Assembly (NCBI GenBank): GCA_010909165.1
Contig: MU008162.1
Coordinates: 2,046,001-2,110,000, forward strand
DNA length: 64,000 nucleotides
DNA from: Anthoceros angustus
Lineage: Eukaryota; Plantae; Anthocerotophyta
Reading direction: 5' to 3'
The translations under genes were made by a program, and so were the position numbers. Positions 12,501-25,388 of this stretch are shown piece after piece. The notes beneath the pieces were generated by a model. The model was not told where the DNA came from. It did no database searches and saw only the letters and a list, made by a program, of their open reading frames with translations. Numbering within the stretch: the stretch's first letter is position 1; every line of letters begins with the position of its first letter.

Positions 12501-14560
12501 TGCCATCCGAAATCGCAATCCTCGCGTTAAGTGTGGCGTTGTGCCTTGCTCCCGTCCATTGGATTCATGCCCTTTCTTTTCGGATTCCCATCGAGTCCCT
12601 CGTCGCCTTTTGTGGTTGGACTTCTCTTCCTTCCCGCTTTGATGAACGCCTCTTCCTCCTCACTTGCGGACGTTATGGAAGCTCCACTCCGTTCTTCTTC
12701 TCTTTTCCCCGTTCCCTTCTTAGGGTGTCCGCCTTCCTCTCGCCGCTCCGTTGAGCGACCATCGCGGAGTTCCGTAATACCACTATCCACATCCCCAACC
12801 CTTCCGGGCTCCTCGGTGCAGCCTCGGAATCCTCCCATACCATGAGCGCATCTTGACTTGCATTGCGGCAGCGGGCTTTCATGCGGGGGTGGGTCGCCGT
12901 GCCGGAGGTTGAGCGATCCTCACATGTTTCTTTGGTGTCTGGCGGAGGGCCTGCCACTCGTGACGATTGCTTGCAATCCACACACCTTTCAAAATCACCA
13001 TTCCACAGCGAGATGCGGAGGGGCATCCAGCAAGATGCGAACCCTCGGCAATTGTAACACCGGCACTCATTTGCCGGGTTCCTTGCCATCGATTACGAAT
13101 GCCCATACGTGGGGTTTCGTAAACTTGAGGTACAAAGTTTTGGTACCCAGATCGGTTGCCTCTTGAATTTGGTATGTATCTTCCAAGCACATCTTCCTCG
13201 TCCTCCTCGTAGCTGATTGCACTTTTGTTTGTGGGCAGTTCGACCTCGAGTGCTGTCCACAAGTTGAGCGAAGAGATTCGCCGCTCCGGTAGCAACCCTT
13301 CTTCTATCATGGTCCTTGATGGCATTAAGATGGAGTTTCTCGGTTTGACCATCATTTCCTCCATCTTGTTCCCTTGTTGCTCCACTTTTTGGCTCTTTGT
13401 TTCCACCTCTCTTCTCACACTCCGCGTCCTTTCGTGCATATAGCGGCTCCTTCCCTTTTGCACGTCGTCTTGTTTCCATCATTTTTCCCTTCTTCCTTCT
13501 ATCCCTTGATTGCGCTCACCGTCACGAATTCTCCTCCGAATCCTCATTGGTCTCCTCTTGTGGAGCTACCGAGTCGGTTGAAAACTATCCTCCTCCATGG
13601 GCTGTCATCGGAGGGCGAATAGTACTTCTTCTTCTTTTGTATTTCTTTTGTCCTTAGTGCCCTTGTTCGAGTTCTTCTTCTCTTCCGCGTTGGACTCCTC
13701 ATAGTTCAGAGCAGCCTTGATCGCCCGATCCAAATCTTTCTCAGCCTGGAGACGCACGTGTCTTCCCATCTCCGCGCCCAATCCTCTTGCAAACCAGCGA
13801 ATGGCCATTAGCTCCGAGTGCGGACCAGCCCGATCCCGTAGGCTGTGGAACCTTTCCACATAAGCCTGCAGGGTCTCTTTCTTCCCTCTCCGCAATCCCT
13901 CCAACTTGGACAGGACATACCCTTCCACATCGACCCCTCCAGATCTTTCACAAAAGCTCTCTTCAAGGCCCCAAAGTAGGCGGGGTGTGGAAGAAGCTAT
14001 GTACTCGCTTGTACCACTTGGCCGCCGCTCCGTAAGACTCCATAAAGCAGTGGGCACGATCGCATCCTCCTCGGTTGGCAAGTGCTCAAAGCAGCTCGAC
14101 AAACTCGTCGGGATCCTCATGGCCCTTCTTTTCTCCAGGTAGATTGCTTAGTAGTAACAAGCAGATCGCCATAACTACCGTGGTAGTACTTTCACGATTG
14201 CGGTAGTTGGCGGCCTAAATGCGGGCCCGACCTCTACATTCACGGTGGACGGGCGGATCTAGGCAATCGGGCGAGATCAAAAGACAAGGTGGGGTACGGC
14301 CCTTGTACCGCCGTAGTCGAGAGTTGGGAATCGAATCCGTTAAGATCCGATCCCTAGTTCGAGTTGACTCCACCTCCCCTTCCTCGTCCAAGTGTGATCT
14401 CCGTGCTCTCCTCGTAACTCTGCAATCTTTCCGCTTGGCGTTGCCGTCTTGCGAGCGTTTCCCCAGTCGGATCGAATCGCTTGTCTCCACCGAGGCATCC
14501 ATCAATCTAGTAATGCTAGACTCTCGTAAGCTAGGTTAGTCCTTCCTCGTCCTTGTGATT

Positions 14561-14578
14561 CCATTCCCGGCAGCGCCA
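14561..14578 (-). promoter_or_regulatory. Primer-binding site (tRNA-Asp-like, Athila-type)
   Basis: Minus strand reads ...ccaCA-ttt-TGGCGCTGCCGGGAAT upstream of gag, resembling TGGCGCCGTTGCCGGG; LTR terminus TG at 14582 on +. Confidence 0.7.
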
Positions 14579-15224
14579 AAATGTGGAGTGTGGATTGTGT
14601 CGAGGGACACCGTGAGGTCCACATTCACCCTCAATGTCGTTGTAGGCTTAGGATTCGCTCCCAAGGGAATGGTTTGTGCCAAGGCGCTAACTTCTATCAC
14701 TCTTGCCTAAGTCGACTTACACTTTATCACTCCTCTTACCTATCTACTCAACTACTACTACCGACTTGTCCACCTTATCTCATTTCCGCAAATCTCATTC
14801 CTCATCACGGTGGTTGCTCGACTACCGAGGTGGGTCCCACCAAACCCTAGCGACTTATTTCGGCGCGCGCCCGGATCTGCAGGCGGCTACCGGTGCTCAC
14901 GGATCGGACTTTGGCACTCCACACTTCATGCACACACACAATTCCTAGACCATTCCTAGGATACCTCCACTCCTCACACACACACACACACGGCGCCACT
15001 TTTACTAGAGACTGTTTTCCTTGTGCACTTTCCACCCGGCCAGTTTGGTTTCTCAATTCACACAATTCTCCCTTTGCTAGCCTCCAATTAGTTCCTTACT
15101 CTTCCCACTTACGATCTCACACCTCGCATCGCGTCTGATTATTTGATCTCTCCTTCACCGATCTCTTCTCTCTCTCTCCCTCCCTCAATTCGCCCAGGCT
15201 TCCAACCATCCACTCACACACCTC

Positions 15225-18200
15225 GATTTGAACACAACTTCGTGTTTAAAGGTGAAGGAAAGAAGAACCCGGCGTCAGGCGTACGAGCAAGCTCCGGACC
15301 CGCCGCCAATCCCTTGGCTTCCTCCTCCTTGTCGCAAATTGCTCCATCACCTCCTCCTCCTTGCGGAGCAAGCTCTCGACCACCCCTAGGAGCGCCTCGC
15401 ACACCACCGCCAATCGGACGTCTCCAACCATCCACAGGCGTGGGGATCTCAACCGAGTTATCGTGGTGGGCAAAGTTGCCCCTCTTATACATCGGCCGGC
15501 CGCTTTTTATTTAGATCCTAAGCTAAGGGCACCCACAATTCGATTTGAACACAACTTTCGGGACAAGGTGAAGGAGAAGAACCAGGCGTCCGGGGCGTTC
15601 TGAGCAAGCTCCGGACCGCCCGATCCCTTGGTTTCCTCCTCCTTGTCGCAAATTGCTCCATCACCTCCTCCTCCCGTTGCGGAGCAAGCTCTCGACCACT
15701 AGGGCGTCTCGCACACCACCTCATCAATCGGACGTCTCCAACCATCCACAGGCGTGGGGATCTCAACGGGGTTATTTGTGGTGGGCAAAGTTGCCCCTCT
15801 TATACATCGGCCGGCACTGCCCAGTTTTAGATCCTAAGAAAGCTAAGGGCACCCACAATTCTAAGCGATCCTAGGTCGATGGGGCATCCTAACCAAATTA
15901 TCTTTAGGATGCTACCACCTGCACTTATCCGCGCCCTCCCGACTTGCCTTTGGCCCCGTCCTCCATCGCCGCCACGAGCCCTCCGCCACGTCACGGGTTT
16001 TCCCACACTTCCACCTCACATCGCTGGGCCCTAATTGAGGGCATACCGCCTGGGCTTCCGCCTCTTCGCGCCTATTCTTGAGGATTACCACGGTTCCTCA
16101 TCCACCCAAGCTGGACCTCCTTCGCTCAACTCCTCCAAAGTCGCCTCCGCATAATAGGGGCCAACCACACTCGGCGCAATGGTAGAAGTATGCACGGGTC
16201 CTCACTTGCGATGGTAGGACTGATCCCTCCTATTTCCACACGCACATGGGCGGTGAGGTTAAGCACGCGTTCTCCATTCACATATAGACCGAGCACGTAA
16301 GTTTCCTCATCCATGTGCCGTAATATAATAGGACCTCTGCGGTGAGGTGCTTACCCCTCCTCCGTAGACTACAGTGGTCCATGTCCTCGCGGGGCGCCGT
16401 CGCGCCTGTCGCCCGTCCGCGGCTTCGCTACCGCGGTAGTGGTCTCCACGACCGTCGTTGGTCCGGCCCGGTAGTGAGGTTTCTACCTCTTCTTTCCTTC
16501 CCTCGGTAGTGCCTTCCACTGTGATAGTCTCCACGACCGTCGTTGGTCCGTAGTGTAGGTGTTTGACTACCTTGGGCTGCTTCCTTCCCTCGGTAGTGCC
16601 TTCCACTACCCCGATCGTGGTCCACCACCTCGCTTCCCCTTCTCTTTTACGGCCACGTGCCTCATCCGCTCCGTTTATACTCCGCTGCTTATGGGCCTTT
16701 TCCACGAGGCCGCCTCCACGCTCTGGGCTCGCAACAACTCCCCGCATCTCTGGTTTGACTCGTGGGCATCCTTAATTTGAGCCATGAGTGCTTCCTGGCA
16801 CTCGTCATGGCTGCAACTTCTCACAGGCCTGCACAAATCTTCTTGAATCTTGATTCTTATCTCCTCTAAGGCCGCTTGTCTTCCTCCGTTGCTTGCGCTT
16901 CTCCTTAAATCAAACTGGCCTTCACCACTTCCTCCGCCGCCCTGCCCAGGCCATGTGAGAGCCAAGGCCGCTTGATCCAACAAATCGCTTGGGCCGGATC
17001 ATCGATGTCGTCGGCTCACGCAAGTCCACTTGTTGGCGGCCCGTGCACGCCATCCCTGTCGAGAACTTTCCTTCCCAACAAAGTGCGCACCCTCACCAAT
17101 TGCGTCCACCTCTGTTGCGGTGGAGTCCCCTTGAAAATCTCTTCCCATCTTTGAGGAGGGTCCGCTCCCGAGGTCGACCTAAACCCTCGGTGATTCATCA
17201 TCGCATCCAGTCGGCAAAATTTTCTTCCTCGGATCGCGCCTCTTCCTCCGCCACCTCGCTGCGTTTGGCTTTCATTTTCTTTGCTTTCACATGGCCTTGG
17301 CACCGCCTTGACACAGTGACGCGTCCACCTTCACTTTTTGGGACCTTTCACCCCGGTCTTCCTCTTCTTCTTTGGTAGAATTTCCTTCTCTTCCTCGGGC
17401 ACTGTCGCCATGGACTCCCGGTATCCGATTCCTCCTCAATTTCCTCCTTGGGCTCCTCCGCTTCCACTTCACCTCCCGGCTTCCACATATGAAGGAGGCC
17501 ACAATTTCTACCTCTGGCGGGCAATTAGCATGCGCATAAAGATGAACTAGGAATGGTGAGAAATTAGAGGGCGAGGTAGGAGAAATCAGTTCAACCTTTC
17601 TTCACTCAACTTCTCAAAGAGGATTCGTCCCATCGATTTTCGCCCGTGCCTCATCCGCTCCGTTTATCCGTTAGCTTATGGGCCTTCTCCACGAGGCCGC
17701 CTCCACGCTCTGGGCTCGCAACAACTCCCACCATCTCTGGTTTGACTCGTGGGCATCCTTAATTTGAGCCATGAGTGCTTCCTGGCGGCATGGCTTGCAA
17801 CTTCTCACAGGCCTGCACAAATCTTCTTGAATCTTGGCCCTTATCTCCTCTAAGGCCGCTTGTCTTCCTCCATTGCTTGCGCTTCTCCTTAAATCAAACG
17901 GCCTTCACCACTTCCTCCGCCCTTGCACCGAGCCATGTGAGCCAAGGCCGCTTGATCCAACAAATCCGCTTGGGCCCGGATCATCGATGTCGTCGGCTCA
18001 CCAAGTCCACTTGTTGGCGGCCCACGCGCCATCCTCCTCATCGAGAACTTTCCTTCCCAACAAAGTGCGCACCCTCACCAATTTGCATCCACCTCTGTTG
18101 CGGTGGAGTCCCCTTGAAAATCTCTTCCCATCTTTGAGGAGGGTCCGCTCACGAGGTCACCCTAACCCTCAGTTGATTCATCATCGCATCCAGTCAAAAA

Positions 18201-20040
18201 ATTTTCTTCCTCGGATCGCCTCTTCCTCCGCCACCTCGATCGTTTGGCTTTCATTTTCTTTGCTTTTCACTGTGTAGCCTTGACACAGTGTGTGCGTCCA
18301 CCTTCACTTTTTGGGACGTCTGCCTCCGGTCTTCCTCTTCTTCTTTGGTAGAATTTCCTTCTCTTCCTCGGGCTGTCGCCATGGACTCCCGGTGTCAGAT
18401 TCCTCCTCAATTTCCTCCTTAGGCTCCTCCGCTTCCACTTCACCTCCACAGGCTTCCACATATGAAGGAGGCCACAATTTCTACCTCTGGCGGGCAATTA
18501 GCATGCGCATAAAGATGAACTAGGAATGGTGAAATTAGGGGGGTAGGAGAAATCAGTTCAACCTTTCTTCACTCAACTTCTCAAGAGGATTCGTCCCGAT
18601 CGATTTTCGCCCCTTGACAACTTCATGGAGGAACAACGGCAAGTGGTCGGACAAATAATCCGCTTCTTGTCTTTGGAAGCGGAGAAGCCATCTGGCGGAC
18701 CATTAAGCATCTTTGTTGCCAATTCGCGTCGACCAACCATTGGGTTCCCATTCGCCCGCCTTCACGGGCGGTACCTCTTCTTCTTTGTGCTCCTTTTGAA
18801 GGTTCCATCACCAAACCCCTGCCTCCTCCTTGCGCCCATACACTTCCCTAACCAATGCGGTCCCAATCACGAGGTTTTGCTCTAATTCCCTCGCCCGGTT
18901 GCTTGTCTTTAGGTGGCGGCGCACTCTACCGATCCGAATTGTAATTCCACCGCTTCTCCATGAAACCCGGCCGAGCTCCTTCACGGGCCCCAGCTCGGAC
19001 TTTCCAATGGTCCATGTTTGGCCATTGGGCAGCAATCTCATTTGTGGCTTTGGGCGCCATCCTTCCATGATAGTCCCCCGGTCTCGCGCCTCGGGTGCCA
19101 CCTCGCCCAATTTCTGGCAAGGTCGGCTTCGAGTTCCTACCTCCTCCAAGCTGCGTTTGGCTTTCATTTTCTTTGCTTTTTCACATGGCCGGCACCGCCT
19201 TGACCAGTGGCCTTCACTTTTTGGGACCGTCGCCGGTCTTCCTCTTCTTCTTTGGTAGAATTTCCTTCTCTTCCTCGGGCCTGCCATGGACTCCCAGTCG
19301 ATTCCTCCTCAATTTCCTCCTTGGCTCCTCCGCTTCCACTTCACCTCCAGGCTTCCACATATGAAGGAGGCCACAATTTCTACCTCTGGCGGGCAATTAG
19401 CATGCGCATAAAGATGAACTAGGAATGGTGAAATTAGAGAGGTGGGAGAAATCAGTTCAACCTTTCTTCACTCAACTTCTCAAGAGGATTCGTCCCATCG
19501 ATTTTCGCCCCTTGACAACTTCATGGAGGAACAACAGCAAGTGGTCGGACAAATAATCCGCTTCTTGTCTTTGTAGGAAGCGGAGAAGCCATCTGGCGGA
19601 CCATTAAGCATCTTTGTTGCCAATTCGCGTCGACCAACCATTGGGTTCGGATTCGCCCGCCTTCACGGGCGGGCTGCTTCTTTGTGCTCCTTTTCGAAGG
19701 TTCCATCACCAAACCCCCGCCTCCTCCTTGCTGCCCCATACACTTCCCTAACCAATGCGGTCCCAATCACGAGGTTTTGCTCTAATTCCCGCCGGTTGCT
19801 TGTCTTTAGGTGGCGGCGCACTCACCGATCAGTCATGTAATTCCACCGCTTCTCCATGAAACCCGGCCGAGCTCCTTCACACCCCAGCTCGGACTTTCCA
19901 ATGATCCATGTTTGGCCATTGGGCAAGCCATCTCATTTGTGGCTTTGGGCGCCATCCTTCCGCAGAGTCCCCCGGTCTCGCGCCTCGGGTGCCACCTCGC
20001 TGCGAATTTCTGGCAAGGTCGACTCGAGTTCCTACCTCCT
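15225..20040. repeat. Series of imperfect tandem duplications (~320 bp x2; ~0.9-1 kb overlapping units x3-4)
   Basis: 15225-15540 matches 15541-15860; 16655-17645 matches 17646-18610; 18610-19500 matches 19500-20040. gaaggaggccacaatttctacctctggcgggcaattagcatgcgc occurs three times. Confidence 0.9.
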
Positions 20041-20684
20041 CCGGCGCCGCGCGCGCCGCCTTCCTTCCACGGGGTTGCGACTTCAGGTGAGGGTTCGGCC
20101 CTCCACCACGATCGCGCCTCTCGCTCTCGCTCTCCGATCACGGTCCGCCTCTCGAATCGCTCCTCCACGCTCCGGCCGTTGCGCTCCACTCCTCGCTCGC
20201 TCCGGCCGTTGCGCTCCGCCGTTTGAGCAGCTCTGGTCACCCTACGGTTTCCTTAGGGTTAAGTTTGGCCCACTACCACCGGTTGTCTTCTCGCTTCATC
20301 CCAATCCACAACCCCATACTCATTCGCTACCGCTGGTCGACCCCTAACTTATAGACAAACCCCAAATAACCACCCCCTACCCGCATATATAGACCTTTTT
20401 GGAACATTGGTCCATGGGCCAAGGAACACCAAATTCCGGACCATTTATTATCTAACCTAGGCAATAAAACAAAAGAACTCCATAGGCCAAGGACATTTTT
20501 ACTATGAATATCCCCAACTACCGTCAATCTGACTTATTTTCACACCACTCTCAGCAAAAAACAAAAAAAATTCACTTCAGGGCACCTTTTAACAGGGGTT
20601 TCCGAGACTAGATCGTTTACACATACGATTAAGTAGACAGAGGAACTTCATCCGTCCAGCACCTAGAGCATCCACCTGCAGCAG

Positions 20685-21983
20685 TCAAGGCAAGTAGGAA
20701 GAGTACTCTACCAGGCCCAGCGCCTCCATATGAAAAACATGCTTGCTTGTCGGTAGGCTCTTTGTAAGCACGTCGGCTGTATTTAGCTCCGTCGATATAT
20801 ACTCAATTTTGATCACCTTGCGCTCCACAGAATGTCGGACGTAGTGATGCTGAATTTCGATGTGCTTGGTGCGCGCATGAAAACGAGGATTCCCAACCAA
20901 AGCAATGGTCGACATGTTGTCGCAGAAGATAGTTGTGGGAATCGACTGAGGAAAGCCCAAGCCAGCTAAGAAATTGCGTTCCCATTCAGCTTTCTTGGCT
21001 GAGTCCGTAAGAGCTTTGTATTCTGCTTCCGTTGATGAGAGGGCTATGGAAGTTTGTTTCTTCGAACTCCAGTTGACTGCTGCACCGGAGAGCATAAAAC
21101 AATATGCAGAAATACTTTTCCTTTGATCTGGGTCTGTAGCCCAGTCTGCATCTGCGTATCCCTCAAGAGTGAGTGCATGGTCACTGCCCTGGAAACATAG
21201 CCCAAAGGTAGATGTGCCTTTAAGATACCGGAGAATCCTTTTAACTGCCATCCAATGCTCGGGGCCTGGATTCTCGAAGTATTGGGAAACAGCACTTATA
21301 GAATGCTGGATATCAGGCCTAGTCCAGCAGCTAATGTAGTTAAGGCAGCCCATAGCATGCCGGTAAGGGATCTGGCTCATGGCTTCGCGTTCATAATCAT
21401 CTTGTGGGCACGGTTGAGCAGAAAGTTTAACCCCAACGCTTCCTGGTGTGCTGACAGGTTTAGCGTCTTACAAGTTGAAGCGTCGAAGAGTCTCACCAAT
21501 ATATTTAGTCTGGTGCAGAATTAGTGTGCGATTGGGTCTATCTCTCAACAGTTGAACACCAAGGACAAAGGTAAGTGGTCCAATGTCCTTCATATCATAT
21601 TCCTTGTGCAGCATACCTTTCACCCAGTCCAGTAATTCTATGTTGTTGGATGCTAATATAACATCATCCACATAAAGTGCTAGGATGACCAGATGACCGC
21701 CTTGGGAATAGATATACACGTTGGAATCAGCTGGATTCTGGATGAAACCTATCGACTTGAGGTATTTATCTATACATTTGTACCACTCACGGACACTTTG
21801 CTTCAAGCCATATAGGGTCTTGTTTAATCTGCAAACCCAATCTGGATGTTCAGAGTCCACAAAGCCTTCAAGCTGATCCATGTAGATGTCTTCTTCAAGC
21901 TCTTAGTATAGGAAAGCAATTGAAACGTCCATCTGCTCGAGATCCCAGTCTCTAGCAGCTGCAAGGGCCAGCATCATCCTAAT
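20685..21983 (-). mobile_element. Ty1/Copia RT (C-terminal part) and RNase H
   Basis: IRMMLALAAARDWDLEQMDV, LNKTLYGLKQS, LALYVDDVI, TRPDI, GYADADWA, SSTEAEY, FCDNMS, RTKHIEIQHHYVR, ADVLTK. Confidence 0.95.
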
Positions 21984-24900
21984 TGTCTGTGTCTTGATTC
22001 AACCTCCTGCCATCCCTCGGAGCGGGATATGGGAATCCTTTGCCTACATCAGGAGCTGGATTCGCCAATCCCCTGCCGGGATATGGAGTCGGGTATGGAA
22101 ATCCCGTGAGTGGGCAAGGAACAGGGCTTGGACAAGGACCTCTGCCTGGGCAAGGACTTCCGCTACCACCTCTGCCAAGCACATCGTTGGCACAGCAGGC
22201 TGCCTTGATGCCACCCTTCTTCGCATACCAGCCAACTTACACAACAGAGTTCAAGGAACGTGACAGGTTCAATGGAACTAAATACCACAGCCATGGGGAG
22301 CGTCGTGCGACCCTTGATGCTTGGCATGTGTGGAGCGTTGTGAGCGGGCAGTTCCAACAACCAGCTGTTACTTCTCCTCAACCTGACCAGGACAGATGGG
22401 AGAATGCCAACACCGTCGCACGCGCACTCATAATAAGTGGCCTGGACGAGGTGTTAGTACCTGATGTGGCTTTCCTCACTAAGGCTGAAGACATTTGGAC
22501 ACAATTAGCACAAACGTACGACGTGAAGAACGTGCTTACCCTCTGTGTTGTCAGGAGCGAACTCTTCACTCTTCGCATGCGTGAAGGAGACAAGGTTGCT
22601 GCTTTCGCGGTGAAGTTCAAGCAATTACGAGCCAACTTGATCTCCCTTGGTTTTCCCATGCCCGAACTTGATGCTGCGGCTCACTCTGACTGACCTCCTC
22701 CCGATTACGGTCCTTTGTAACGATTCACGGTGCAACACTCGAGATGTCGCAAAGCCGCCACGCAGATAACTGTCATGATCAGCTTTGCAGATGTTGTTGG
22801 GGCCCTCTTTCAAGAAGAGCAATCCCGTCAACCTCATCCCAATTCTAATCGCACCAAAACTGACAAAGTGCTTTTTACCACAAAGTTCAAACCACAAGGC
22901 AGAACCAAAAACTTATATGTCGCTGGGTCTTCGAGAGAATCAAGGCCAGGGCAGATCAAGAGACCAGGCTCATGCAACTGGTGTGGTTCTCTCGGTCACT
23001 GGGTGTAGGAAGAAGAAATCTAGAGAACCAAAGAAGGCCGAGAAAACTAACAGAACGTTTGAGGCCCATACGGTTTCCAAGGACAAACCAACAAAATCTT
23101 CCTCAACTGGCAAGCAACCTATGATTACGACCATACACTGTCTGCGGCCTCCGAGCTTGATGATGCACAGTATCTCGATTCGAGAACAGCGGCACATATA
23201 CAGCACAGAAAATTGATGAGTAACTTCACTCCTCTCCACACAGCTGAAAAAGTTATGCTGGGAGATGAACTCACAAGAACAGGTCTGAAAATTCTTGGTC
23301 GAGGTTCCTGATCCTTCAGGCAGTCGAATGGCCAGATTTTTCAGATTGACAATGTCCTCTTTGTGCCTGACATGGCAAAGCATCTAATTTCAGTTAGCCA
23401 GTTGATGCAACTCAAGAGTTTAGAACTCAAATTCACTGCTACCGGATGCACACTTAGCGAGTCTCGACCTTCCTCCGTAGTTGCACAGGGCTTACTTGTG
23501 CAGGATCTATACAGGCTAGACATGCCGTGTCTCCCTGCTAACAGCGTGCATCTTGTTGCTAGTTCTCAGGTTGCTCTAGCACAACTTTGGCATGCTGTCT
23601 TGGTCATGCTAATAAGGATAAGTTGATCAAGATGTCCAACCTGGAGTGTTATCGGGAGCCCCTCCCTAAGTGCTTCAAAGACCTTCCTCTTTGTGATGCA
23701 TGCATAGTAGCCAAGCAAAAAGAGTTACCTTTTCCTGCTACTTTGGCTCATAGGTCTTCTTCCATACTTGACCTAGTACATGCAGACATCTCTGGGAAGA
23801 TCCATGTACCGTCTTTGGGAGGTTCTCTTTACTACCTCACACTCACCAACGATTTTAGTCGGTATTCCTGGACATACCCACTCAAGCGCAAATCTGACAC
23901 TTTCCTGCTTTTCAAAGAGTGGCTCACTATGATACAGAGACAGACTGGGACTCACCTTCGCTGTTTAAGATCAGACAACGGCACAGAGTTTGTGAATGCT
24001 GCCTTTGATGAATATCTTGCAGCTCAGGGTGCAGTCCGCCAGTTCAGTATTCCTTATACCCAGCAACAAAATGGGGTAGCAGAACGACGCAACCAGATTC
24101 TACTCAGCATGACAAGGAGCATGTTGGCTTGGTCAGGGCTCAGCAAAGCCTACTGGGCAGAGGCAGTTGTCACTGCCACCTATATTCTCAATAGGCTCCT
24201 CATTTCTGCAGTTCCTGAACTCCTTTCGAGATGATTTGGAAACGCAAACCTAGTTTGCTTCATCTTCGAGTATTCGGTTCACCTGCCTATGCATATATCC
24301 ATGAAGAACAGCGCATGAAGCTTGAGGATAGGGCCAGACCTCTTGTGTTTGTGGGCTATGGTGAGGAGACTAAAGCTTATAAACTTTATGATCCTCACTC
24401 TAGGTCCTCTATCTTTGCCCGCAGTGTCACTTTTAAGGAACTGTAGGCTCCTGCTTCCACAGCCACCACTTCTTCAGCATCTTCTCCTTTGGATATTGAT
24501 GATTTCGACGAGTCTCCCTTTGCATATCCTCAAGATGCTGCCAATGAACCGCCTCCTGCTCCTCGTTTTGATTCACGGTGGCGGTTGAGGGGAATGATAT
24601 CGACGCTCAGTCCGCATAATGATGCGCTTTATGCACGTATGTCTGACCATTACTGCGGCAGGTGACTGCGGAGGATGATACGGATCAGGATTATGAACTC
24701 CCTATTCCTGATGCTGAGGTGGTGGACTCCCCACTATCTGAGGAACATCAATTCAAGGACAGCTCACATTGATTCGGACACATGCACTGCCTTTGCCTAT
24801 CAAGGCGCTTCTTGTGCAATCTGGCGGCGAGTTGGAACACCTTTCGACAAGCGGTCAGTTGAACCTCATGAGCTGGAGGCTGTTGAGGAACCACTGCAGC

Positions 24901-25388
24901 TGAACGGCTGTTGAACCTCATGAGCTGGAGACTGTTGAGGAACCAGCTGCAGAGCCTGAACCAGTTGTTGAGGAGCGTAGGTATCCCAGCAGATCCCGTC
25001 CATCAAGGGAAAATTGGAACACAAGGCCCTATGAACCTGAAGATTTCAGGATCTCTCGATCTGCTCGACTTTGTGAAGCTTTCTCCACCAGTACCCTCCA
25101 TTTAGCAGAACCTAACACATATCAAGAGGCTATAAATGGTCCGGACAAGCATAATTGGATCCCTTCAATTCAAGATGAGTACAATTCATTGATCAAGAAT
25201 GGGACATGAGAGCTTTGTCCTTTACCTGCTGGGAGGAGAACAATAAGCTGCAAATGGGTGTTCAAACACAAGCTGAATGCTTAGGGAGAATAGCACGGTA
25301 CAAATCACAACTGGTTGCTCGAGGCTTCTCCCAAGTTGTTGGTGTAGACTTTAATGAGACATTCAGCCCTTTTGTGGACCATTAGCTG
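21984..25388 (+). mobile_element. Ty1/Copia gag-protease-integrase-RT(N-terminal part), degenerate, inverted relative to its RT C-terminal half
   Basis: Gag FNGTKY..W, CNWCGSLGH knuckle, GAG-pre-integrase WH..LGH/CDAC, integrase LVHADI..DFSRYSW..LRSDNGTEF..QQNGVAERRN, RT N-terminus EPNTYQEA..CKWVFK..LVARGFSQ..DFNETFSP; stops and frameshifts. Confidence 0.93.

Larger units (their letters stand above)
10190..20621 (-). mobile_element. Degenerate Ty3/Gypsy LTR retrotransposon (gag-PR-RT-RNase H, truncated in RNase H) with 5' LTR region
   Basis: Gag-like KLEGLRRGKKETLQAYVERF..WFARGL (13605-14120) and CYNC knuckle (~13050). RT motifs TSEWVAPIVVVPK (~11000), KDHYPLPFIDNI, GIEVDPDKV, FLGMVGYYRRFVKNF. 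RNase H start EEAFNDL..YAI..ILSQ. PBS adjacent to a CA LTR end. The right boundary (20621) is tentative. Confidence 0.8.
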
